Positions 1 to 7,332 of a DNA stretch of 64,000 nt are shown here, piece after piece. The position numbers and the translations under genes are program-made. Below the pieces are notes generated by a model, which was not told the origin of the DNA, did not search any database, and saw nothing but the letters and a program-made list of their open reading frames with translations. The DNA lies in assembly GCA_036508535.1 (NCBI GenBank), contig DATCHE010000087.1:1878-65877 (forward strand). The letters are read 5' to 3'. Each line of letters begins with the position of its first letter. Position 1 is the stretch's first letter. The stretch comes from Bacteroidales bacterium. GTDB taxonomy: Bacteria > Bacteroidota > Bacteroidia > Bacteroidales > VadinHA17.

Positions 1-125
1 GGCGACGAAGTTAAAACTTCTTTTACCTTTCCTCCGGTAAGCCTTCCGGTCCTTTTGTCTACTGTCAATTCAACCATAACACTAATACCTGGCTTAACAT
101 TAGCTCTGCGGGTTCCTTCCATCAT
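1..125 (-). CDS. YwbE-family (DUF2196-like) small protein, N-terminal part only; the C-terminus runs off the window
   Basis: Not in the ORF track because it is open at the window edge. Reverse-strand translation from the ATG at 125 gives MMEGTRRANVKPGISVMVELTVDKRTGRLTGGKVKEVLTSS. This fits my recollection of the YwbE pattern KPG...V...DxRTGxLTxGxVxxxLT. Confidence 0.5.
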   Translation of the reverse strand, partial: MMEGTRRANVKPGISVMVELTVDKRTGRLTGGKVKEVLTSS

Positions 126-289
126 CACTTTATTTTAGGTAAATCAGATTACAATAATAAATAAAAAATAAGCCCACTATCATACTTTGTGATTATTGTT
201 ATAAAATATTTTTAACAAAAGATATTCTTAAGGCCCTCCACTTTCTAAATTAACCATAGCTCTATACTCTGTGCCCTGCGTCCTGTGCT

Positions 290-697
290 TTATACCAACC
301 CTAGTTGATCAACCAGATTCCCCGGAGGTATTGGTCTTCCTTTTTTAGTAGCTACTCCGGTAACTATAGCATGCACAATATGCTTATCATCAGGTAGCCT
401 GTATATATCCTGAATAAAATTAAGTCTGGCATTTCCTTCACGTTGAATACTAACACTTACCTTAAATTTGTCCCTGCTACGGAGCGGATACTTATAATCG
501 ATTTCAACTTTGGTCACAATCAAATCTATACCTTCTTCATGAAGCTCAACAAAACTGATTCCTTTTGAAAGAAGAAATTCGTGTCTTGCGTGTTCAAGAT
601 AGTGATGATAATTAGCATTATTTACTACACCCTGGAGATCGCATTCGTAATCCCTGACAGTAAATTCAAGGCTGTATGGATAATTAGTTTCGGACAT
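290..697 (-). CDS. Acyl-CoA thioesterase, hotdog fold (4HBT/YbgC-like)
   Basis: 135 aa. FTVRDYECDLQGVVNNANYHHYLEHARHEFLLSKG matches the YbgC/4HBT N-terminal catalytic-Asp region. Confidence 0.8.
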   Translation of the reverse strand: MSETNYPYSLEFTVRDYECDLQGVVNNANYHHYLEHARHEFLLSKGISFVELHEEGIDLIVTKVEIDYKYPLRSRDKFKVSVSIQREGNARLNFIQDIYRLPDDKHIVHAIVTGVATKKGRPIPPGNLVDQLGLV

Positions 698-718
698 AAA
701 AAATGAATTCAGAACATA

Positions 719-1168
719 TTATTTTGGAAAACTACCAAAAAACTTTTTAATACCTCCATGAAATTTATGAATACCATTCGGTTTGTAATGCATAAGGATA
801 CATTCTCCGGTAATAAAATTGATATCTGATCCTTTGAGTTCATCGAGAGCCTCTTTACTCTCAGCCATCTGTTGGATCCAGATTTGTTTTATCCCTTTTT
901 CCTTTGCTTCCCTTATTACTGAGGCTGTAATTTCCTTTTTAGTCAACACAATTATTCCCTGAACATTTGAAGGAAGCATTTTTACATTTTGATATGATTT
1001 TTCTCCCATTATTTCAACAGCTTCCGGGTTAACCGGAACAAGGTTCATTCCTTTTTCTTTTAATTCTTTGAAAGCCGTATACCCGAATTTTTTTGGATTA
1101 CGGGAAACACCCACCAAAGCAATGGGCTGACTATCAAGAAATTCATTAATTTGTTTTAAAGAGGCCAT
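719..1168 (-). CDS. CoA-binding domain protein (YccU/YneT-like)
   Basis: 149 aa. IALVGVSRNPKKFGYTAFKELKEKGMNLVPVNP is typical of the CoA_binding_2 Rossmann-like family. Confidence 0.7.
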   Translation of the reverse strand: MASLKQINEFLDSQPIALVGVSRNPKKFGYTAFKELKEKGMNLVPVNPEAVEIMGEKSYQNVKMLPSNVQGIIVLTKKEITASVIREAKEKGIKQIWIQQMAESKEALDELKGSDINFITGECILMHYKPNGIHKFHGGIKKFFGSFPK

Positions 1169-1319
1169 GGTTCATTCGTGTTAAATAATTTATAAATGAA
1201 AGTAATAATTTGGGTTGGAATTCATAACTAAGTATAAAGACTTAAAAATATGAAAAAAATAACATTTGACGTTATTTTTTATTTACTTGGTATTGGGGTT
1301 TAACTTAGGCTAACGCAAT

Positions 1320-2603
1320 ATGAAAAAATCGGAAGATCGTTCAGGGTATCTGTTTTCAAAAGGGTATTCAAATTATATTTTTATACTGCTGTTTCTGTTA
1401 TATATGTTCGACTATATCGACAGAATGGTTGTTACCTCAATGTTTACATCAATTGAAAGGGACTGGGGAATTACACATACCCAGAGTGGACTTCTGGTAT
1501 CTGCGGTATATTGGGCAATTGTTTTGCTCACATTTCCTGTATCTATCCTTGTTGACCGGTGGAGCAGAACCAAGACAATTGGTGTAATGGCAATTATGTG
1601 GAGTATGGCAACAGCTCTTTGTGCTCTGACCGGAAATTTTGTTCAACTGTTTATGGCCCGTATGTTAATAGGAGTAGGAGAGGCCGGGTATGCTCCTGGA
1701 GGAAGCGCTATGATTTCGGGCTTATATCCCATTGATAAAAGAGCAAAAATGATGGGTATTTGGAATGCAGCAATTCCGCTTGGGTCAGGTATAGGTGTTC
1801 TTCTTGGAGGCTTTATTGCTGTAAAACTGGGATGGAAGCACGCGTTTGGAATTGTTGCTATACCAGGATTAATTGTTGCAATACTTTTTCTTTTTGTAAA
1901 GGATTATAAAACTGTTGATCTTTCATTTATCGATAAAGCCCAAAACCGGGTAAAGATGGAGAGCAGGGATATCATCAGAGAGTTTGTTTCCAGGCCGTCT
2001 GTGATTCTTACCTACTTTGGTATGGCAGCTGTTGTCTTTGTTACAACTTCAATGTTAACATGGTTGCCGACATATTTTGAAAAAGTAAGAGGGATTCCTC
2101 AGCAAACAGCAGGACAAATGGCAAGTTCTGTTATGTTGCTTGCCCTCATTGGAGCGCCTCTGGGAGGCTTCTTAACAGACAGATGGAGGAAAACAAGAGC
2201 TAATGCAAGGTTGGTTTTCCCGGCAATCTCAACATTATCGTCCGCCATTGTTCTGTTTATCGCATTGGCATTATTAAAAGGGACAGTTCAATATATCTGT
2301 CTTTTGTTTTTTGGCCTGCTGATACTTTCCTTTATTTCGGGCGCTGCTGCTGTAACTCAGGATGTAATACATCCCGGATTAAGGGCCACTTCTTATGCGA
2401 TTGCAGTTGTAGTTCAGAATCTTCTGGGAGCGTCAACAGCTCCCATTGTAATGGGTAAAATATATGATCTTACCAACATTCAGACAGCATTATCGTCGCT
2501 TCCGTTTGTTTTGTTAATCGGTGCAATGCTTTTCTGGATAGGATCAAAATATTATATTAAGGATCTTGAGAAGGTGGCAAAGATCAACCTTGAAGTTGGT
2601 TGA
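1320..2603 (+). CDS. MFS transporter
   Basis: 427 aa with about 12 hydrophobic segments. MFS motif-A-like loops occur in both halves: LVDRWSRTKTIGV and LTDRWRKTRANARL. Confidence 0.85.
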   Translation: MKKSEDRSGYLFSKGYSNYIFILLFLLYMFDYIDRMVVTSMFTSIERDWGITHTQSGLLVSAVYWAIVLLTFPVSILVDRWSRTKTIGVMAIMWSMATALCALTGNFVQLFMARMLIGVGEAGYAPGGSAMISGLYPIDKRAKMMGIWNAAIPLGSGIGVLLGGFIAVKLGWKHAFGIVAIPGLIVAILFLFVKDYKTVDLSFIDKAQNRVKMESRDIIREFVSRPSVILTYFGMAAVVFVTTSMLTWLPTYFEKVRGIPQQTAGQMASSVMLLALIGAPLGGFLTDRWRKTRANARLVFPAISTLSSAIVLFIALALLKGTVQYICLLFFGLLILSFISGAAAVTQDVIHPGLRATSYAIAVVVQNLLGASTAPIVMGKIYDLTNIQTALSSLPFVLLIGAMLFWIGSKYYIKDLEKVAKINLEVG

Positions 2604-2605
2604 CC

Positions 2606-3580
2606 TTATTTTTTACGGGATGTAGTGTAATGAACAAACTCTTTAAGGGAATCTTTTACAGAGGATTCCGGGTAGGAATTAAGTATTGAAAGAGCTTTAT
2701 CGCGGTATAGATTCATTTTAAGATCTGCATATTGCATCCCTCCATACTCTGACACAAAACAGATCACTTCATTTATTTCATCTTTTGACTTTTTCTTCTT
2801 TTTAACGATGCCAAGAATATGTCGTCTCTTTAAGTATGGCGCTTGTTCCAGTGCGTGAATTAAAGGAAGAGTTATTTTTTTTTCTTTAATATCGTTACCG
2901 GGAGTTTTTCCGGTGAGCCCGGTCCCTTCATAGTCAAGAAGATCGTCCCGTATTTGAAAAGCAATTCCTATGTTTTCTCCAAAATCTTTCATTAACCGGA
3001 TTGTCCCGGGATCATTTGTGACCGATCTGGCCCCACAGGCAGTACAAGCCGAAAGCAATGCCGCAGTTTTACTTATAATAATCTTAAAGTAATCTTCTTC
3101 TTTGATATTAAGTTTTCTGGCTTTTTGCAATTGAAGCAACTCTCCTTCGCTCATCTTTTTAACGGCATCTGAGACAATTTCCAACATATCAAACCGATTC
3201 TTTTCTACGCTAATCAGCATTCCCTTTGAAAGCATATAATCTCCAACTAGTACAGCAATTTTCGAATTCCAGAGAGCATTAATAGATAATCCCCCCCTTC
3301 TTTCGTGAGCATCATCTACTACATCATCATGGGCAAGCGATGCAGTATGAAGAAGCTCAATAAAAGTTGCCGCAACAAAAGTCGATTCCGCAATTTCCCC
3401 GTTGAGTTTTGCTGTAAGAAAGACAAGTAATGGTCTCATCTGTTTGCCTTTGCGACGAAGAATGTAGTTCAGAATAATATTTAGTAACGGGATCTCACTG
3501 TGCATAGTTTTGCCAAAGTAGGCTTCAAATTCAGCCATTTCCTTTTCAACGGGTTTCTTAATTCTGGTGAGAACGGGCAT
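2606..3580 (-). CDS. Long-chain polyprenyl diphosphate synthase (IspB-like, quinone side chain)
   Basis: 324 aa. Both Asp-rich motifs of trans-prenyltransferases are present: LAHDDVVDD and FQIRDDLLDY. Confidence 0.88.
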   Translation of the reverse strand: MPVLTRIKKPVEKEMAEFEAYFGKTMHSEIPLLNIILNYILRRKGKQMRPLLVFLTAKLNGEIAESTFVAATFIELLHTASLAHDDVVDDAHERRGGLSINALWNSKIAVLVGDYMLSKGMLISVEKNRFDMLEIVSDAVKKMSEGELLQLQKARKLNIKEEDYFKIIISKTAALLSACTACGARSVTNDPGTIRLMKDFGENIGIAFQIRDDLLDYEGTGLTGKTPGNDIKEKKITLPLIHALEQAPYLKRRHILGIVKKKKKSKDEINEVICFVSEYGGMQYADLKMNLYRDKALSILNSYPESSVKDSLKEFVHYTTSRKK

Positions 3581-3596
3581 AAAAAGTTATTTAGTT

Positions 3597-3604
3597 CAAA
3601 TATA
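3597..3604 (-). promoter_or_regulatory. Candidate Bacteroidota -7 box (TATATTTG on the minus strand) for the polyprenyl synthase gene
   Basis: Plus strand reads caaatata. This matches TAnnTTTG, 16 nt upstream of the ATG at 3580. Confidence 0.35.
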
Positions 3605-3686
3605 GTAAAATCAGGTGTTCATCATAAACTATTGGTTGAATTCCTTCATAGCAATGGTTGGGAGGCAACATATCAACATATTTATA

Positions 3687-3694
3687 TATCTTTG
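3687..3694 (+). promoter_or_regulatory. Candidate -7 box TATCTTTG for the ArsR-family gene
   Basis: Matches TAnnTTTG, 20 nt upstream of the ATG at 3715. A second match, TATTTTTG at 3705-3712, is too close to the ATG unless the mRNA is leaderless. Confidence 0.35.
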
Positions 3695-3714
3695 TCTTAT
3701 GAAATATTTTTGAT

Positions 3715-4020
3715 ATGGAATTTAAAGAACTTACTCCGGAAAGCCTTGAGAAAGCAGCAAATATGTTAAAGGCAATAGCTCATCCTATGCGTCTATCAAT
3801 TGTGGGGTGTCTTGAAGATGGAAAGAAAAGAACGGTCACGGAAATTCATAAACAACTCGGAATAGAACAATCTACTGCATCACATCATCTTGGTATTTTA
3901 AAAGACAGGGGTGTCTTAGCTTCAAAAAGAGATGGAAAGAATACCTGGTACTTTTTAAAGCACGAAAATCTTAAAACTTTATTAAGTTGTGTAAGTGGAT
4001 GTTGCCAGGAAGGGATCTAA
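3715..4020 (+). CDS. ArsR/SmtB-family transcriptional regulator
   Basis: 101 aa. Winged-helix pattern LKAIAHPMRLSIVGCL...TVTEI...IEQSTASHHLGILKDRGV, with a C-terminal Cys cluster CVSGCC. Confidence 0.85.
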   Translation: MEFKELTPESLEKAANMLKAIAHPMRLSIVGCLEDGKKRTVTEIHKQLGIEQSTASHHLGILKDRGVLASKRDGKNTWYFLKHENLKTLLSCVSGCCQEGI

Positions 4021-4043
4021 TTTTCCAACTTGCCTTAAATGTG

Positions 4044-4652
4044 TTACGAAATATCCTTAAACATTTTCTTTTGGAATAATATTATTGATATTACTCCACA
4101 TGTTATCGCTGAATCGGCAACATTAAAAACCGGTCTGAAAAACACAAATGACTCTCCCGGTTTAATTGGTGACCAATTGGGCCAATGTGTGTTAATTATC
4201 GGGAAGTAAAACATATCAACAACTCTTCCGTGGAGAAATGATGAATACCCGCCCCCCGGAGGAAACAAAATGGCTGTCTGATTATAACTTTCGCTGAATA
4301 TCAAACCATAAAATGCACTATCGATAATATTTCCGATTGCTCCGGCCATAATTGCGCTGACAGCAAGAATTAATCCCAGGTTCGCTCTTTTGCGGATAAG
4401 TGAAGAGAGGAAAAAACCGATACCGGTTATTGCAAGAATGCGGAAGATGCTTAGAATAAACTTACCCGCTTTTCCTCCCATTTCCATACCAAAAGCCATA
4501 CCATTGTTTTCAATGAAATGGATTACGCCCCAGCTACCAAACAGCCGTATTTCCTGTCCGATTTGCAGATGCGTTTTGATCCAGATTTTAAGAACCTGAT
4601 CAATTAAAAGAATGAGAAATATAAGGGTAACAGCTTTTTTTCCTAACGACAT
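4044..4652 (-). CDS. lspA: Lipoprotein signal peptidase (signal peptidase II)
   Basis: 202 aa with 4 TM segments. LspA boxes IENNGMAFGM and FNVADSAI are present. Confidence 0.85.
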   Translation of the reverse strand: MSLGKKAVTLIFLILLIDQVLKIWIKTHLQIGQEIRLFGSWGVIHFIENNGMAFGMEMGGKAGKFILSIFRILAITGIGFFLSSLIRKRANLGLILAVSAIMAGAIGNIIDSAFYGLIFSESYNQTAILFPPGGGYSSFLHGRVVDMFYFPIINTHWPNWSPIKPGESFVFFRPVFNVADSAITCGVISIILFQKKMFKDIS

Positions 4653-4756
4653 TTTATTCTATTTAAATTTGTGTGCGCAAAATAGTAAAAAAAGTGATCA
4701 CATTAATAATCTCCGGAAGAACGGAGGTTCATAAAATAAACCGAGGAGCCCCAAAC

Positions 4757-4788
4757 AAAAAAGTTCCGGAACAGACCGGAACTTTTTA
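4757..4788 (-). terminator. Intrinsic terminator hairpin downstream of the lipoprotein gene
   Basis: AAAAAGTTCCGG (4758-4769), loop aacaga, CCGGAACTTTTT (4776-4787) form a perfect 12-bp inverted repeat. On the minus strand it is followed by TTTTTTGTTT. It lies 15 nt past the stop at 4803. Confidence 0.6.
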
Positions 4789-4802
4789 ATATTTATATTC
4801 GG

Positions 4803-5633
4803 TTATTGCGGACAATTAATAAGGTTATCTATCTTTTGTTCATTCCAGCAAAACCATTTCCCGTCCAGATAATCGGGGCATTTTACTCTGCCGTTTTTTG
4901 TTGAAGTATTCCACTCCACATTGGCAATAAATGTTCCGCGGATATTTGATAAACTAATTTTATAATATGCGTCATATAATGGATTGGTTGTTGTTCCCTT
5001 TCCATATTCAATATAATTGTTCAGATAAATATCATTTTTTAGATATGTATACGTTATTGTCCCTATTGTGGCATTGGGTTTTGTCCAGTCAATCTGTAGA
5101 ATAGGCTCTTGTGTTACCGAACTTTCGTTAAATGTCCAGTTACCGCCAGTCCCATCTAATTTGGAAGTTCCTTCAAACCATACAAATTCCGGAAATCCTC
5201 CAGTGCCCTCTCTTGAAATATACATTTTCCACAAAACAGCATTAGAAATTATCTGGCCTGTTAGCCTGGCCTTATAAGTAATGTCTGCCGGACTTACACT
5301 ATAGCTCCATTGCCATGTATTGTCACTCAGAAATACAGGATTATTATCAAACGCCAGTTTAAAAGCCGAAATTGGTACAGCTAGTGTTGTTGCAGTAATT
5401 CCTCTCCAATAGCCGGCAATAAGGGCAGCAAATGTCCAGTTACTGCTAGGGTTACCTTTCTGTTCTGTTATCAGCTCCGCAGATTTTTTCTGGCTTGCAA
5501 AATTGGTGAAATCAATTGTAAATGATTCCTGTGGTGGTAAAACCGGCGCTACTCCGTTATCCTTTTTTTTACATGACGTAAAAAACCCTGCCGAAAGGAC
5601 AAGCATCATGCAAACAGAGAATAGTTTTTTCAT
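4803..5633 (-). CDS. Hypothetical lipoprotein
   Basis: 276 aa. Signal peptide with lipobox MKKLFSVCMMLVLSAGFFTS|C. Trp/Thr/Asn-rich mature part with C-terminal Cys residues (KCPDY..FCWNE..NCPQ). No family recognised. Confidence 0.6.
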   Translation of the reverse strand: MKKLFSVCMMLVLSAGFFTSCKKKDNGVAPVLPPQESFTIDFTNFASQKKSAELITEQKGNPSSNWTFAALIAGYWRGITATTLAVPISAFKLAFDNNPVFLSDNTWQWSYSVSPADITYKARLTGQIISNAVLWKMYISREGTGGFPEFVWFEGTSKLDGTGGNWTFNESSVTQEPILQIDWTKPNATIGTITYTYLKNDIYLNNYIEYGKGTTTNPLYDAYYKISLSNIRGTFIANVEWNTSTKNGRVKCPDYLDGKWFCWNEQKIDNLINCPQ

Positions 5634-6028
5634 AGAGTTATCCCTTATTTAGTAAAAGTAACTGAGAAGGATATAAAAAAATACTTATCTGACGCAAAGA
5701 TATGAAGTTAGAACCTAATAATCATCTATGGATACAACATTTCTTAATTTTAAAATTGTTGTTATCAGTTGCAATTGAATGCGAATTAGGATTTTATTGT
5801 TGCAATTATTCAAAGATACTCTTGACGTACTTTTTCAGATAATGGTAGTGGAACAAAAAATTGATAAATATGCTTGAAGATAGACTCAATGGTTTAATTA
5901 TCTTTAGGTAATTATTTTTTTATTTAAATTTGAAGAAGAATCAACTGAAGCTTAATCCAAATTGGCCAATTGTAGATTTTTAAAATTTATTTATTCTATT
6001 CTGGAATGTTGATCAGGTTCTTGTGATT

Positions 6029-7309
6029 ATGAGTAAAATATTCAATAAAAGACTTTTGAAATTAGCATCATTCTTCTTAGGTAAAAATAAAACTTTACTC
6101 ACGATCATTTTCTCGACAGGTCTTTTTGTATGTGGTCATTCTGCTGTTTTTAAGGTAGTTGAATCTTCTAAACTTCGTATAGAAGATTCAACAAAACTTT
6201 TGATGAAGGATACCCTGAAACTGAAAACAAGTAATATTTCTGATCAACAAATATCGGATTCAGCTTTGTATAAAAAGACAACATTCACTTCTGAAGAGGT
6301 TACCAGAGGAGAAAGACTTTTTTATGGTTTGGTTTATCTCGGAAATAAAGCAATAAATTGTTCGGGTTGCCATAATACCAGCGTCTCAGATACTCTAAAC
6401 TGGAACCCCGATGCGCAGGTAATTTCCAGAAAATACTTAAATAAAAGTGCAAGTGATTTGGGCAAGGTGTTGCTCAGGCCTACCGGGAATAAGATGAAAC
6501 TTGTTCATAAAGACTTTCAGTTAAGTGCCGAAGATATCGTATTGATTAAAGTCTATATGAATAGATTCGAGAACATTGGACTTAAGCAGAGCAAACTATT
6601 AATTACTAATCTTTTGTTGCTCATAATCGCCTCAGTTTTGTTCCTTCTTTCAACTATAGATCTCATAATTAAAAAGATTTATGTAAACCAGCGAATTAAC
6701 TGGTTTATAATCTCTGTTACAGGAATTATAATTACCTGGATTCTGGCAGTTAGTGCAATTGCATTCGGACGTTCAAAAGGATATTCTCCCGATCAGCCAA
6801 TAAAATTTTCGCATGCTGTTCATGCCGGACAGAATAAGACGGATTGTAACTACTGCCATTATACCGCAAAAATAAGTAAAACTGCAGGAATTCCTCCCGG
6901 TAGCATCTGTTTGAATTGCCACCTGCTGGTTAGAAATGGAACAAGGTCAGGTGTTACCGAGATTGCTAAAGTAATAGACGCCTACGAGAATAAAAAAGCA
7001 GTTGAATGGGTAAGAATATACAGGCTACCGGATTTTGTTTTTTTCAGCCATCAACAACACGTAACTGCCGGTGAACTGGCATGCGAGACCTGTCATGGTA
7101 ATGTGAAAGAAATGGACAGACTTATCCAGGTACCCGATCTTTCAATGGGTTGGTGTCTAAAATGTCACGATTCAAGAAAAGTAAATATCACTAACGAGTA
7201 CTATAAAAAGTACTACACTTCTCTGTACGACTCGGTAAAAGCAGGAAAAACAGATAGTGTAATGGTAGCTGGTATTGGTGGCAGGGATTGCGGTAAATGT
7301 CATTATTAA
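6029..7309 (+). CDS. actA: Alternative complex III subunit ActA, multihaem cytochrome c
   Basis: Six CXXCH motifs: CSGCH, CNYCH, CLNCH, CETCH, CLKCH, CGKCH. FSHAVHAGQNKTDCNYCH is typical of the c3/NrfB-like core. It lies immediately upstream of actB. The ATG at 6029 is preferred over the track GTG at 6023. Confidence 0.8.
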   Translation: MSKIFNKRLLKLASFFLGKNKTLLTIIFSTGLFVCGHSAVFKVVESSKLRIEDSTKLLMKDTLKLKTSNISDQQISDSALYKKTTFTSEEVTRGERLFYGLVYLGNKAINCSGCHNTSVSDTLNWNPDAQVISRKYLNKSASDLGKVLLRPTGNKMKLVHKDFQLSAEDIVLIKVYMNRFENIGLKQSKLLITNLLLLIIASVLFLLSTIDLIIKKIYVNQRINWFIISVTGIIITWILAVSAIAFGRSKGYSPDQPIKFSHAVHAGQNKTDCNYCHYTAKISKTAGIPPGSICLNCHLLVRNGTRSGVTEIAKVIDAYENKKAVEWVRIYRLPDFVFFSHQQHVTAGELACETCHGNVKEMDRLIQVPDLSMGWCLKCHDSRKVNITNEYYKKYYTSLYDSVKAGKTDSVMVAGIGGRDCGKCHY

Positions 7310-7332
7310 TAAAATCAATATAATTCCTCAGG

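Noticed and set aside
3500-3769. 89-aa plus-strand ORF spanning the ispB-like start and the ArsR start
   Set aside because: It overlaps two well-supported genes and their promoter region, and its translation is featureless.
5702-5842. Small ATG-initiated ORF (about 46 codons, MKLEPNNHLWIQ...) in the 389-bp gap upstream of actA
   Set aside because: It is short and AT-rich, has no promoter box at the expected distance, and has no recognisable peptide features. It is probably a chance ORF.
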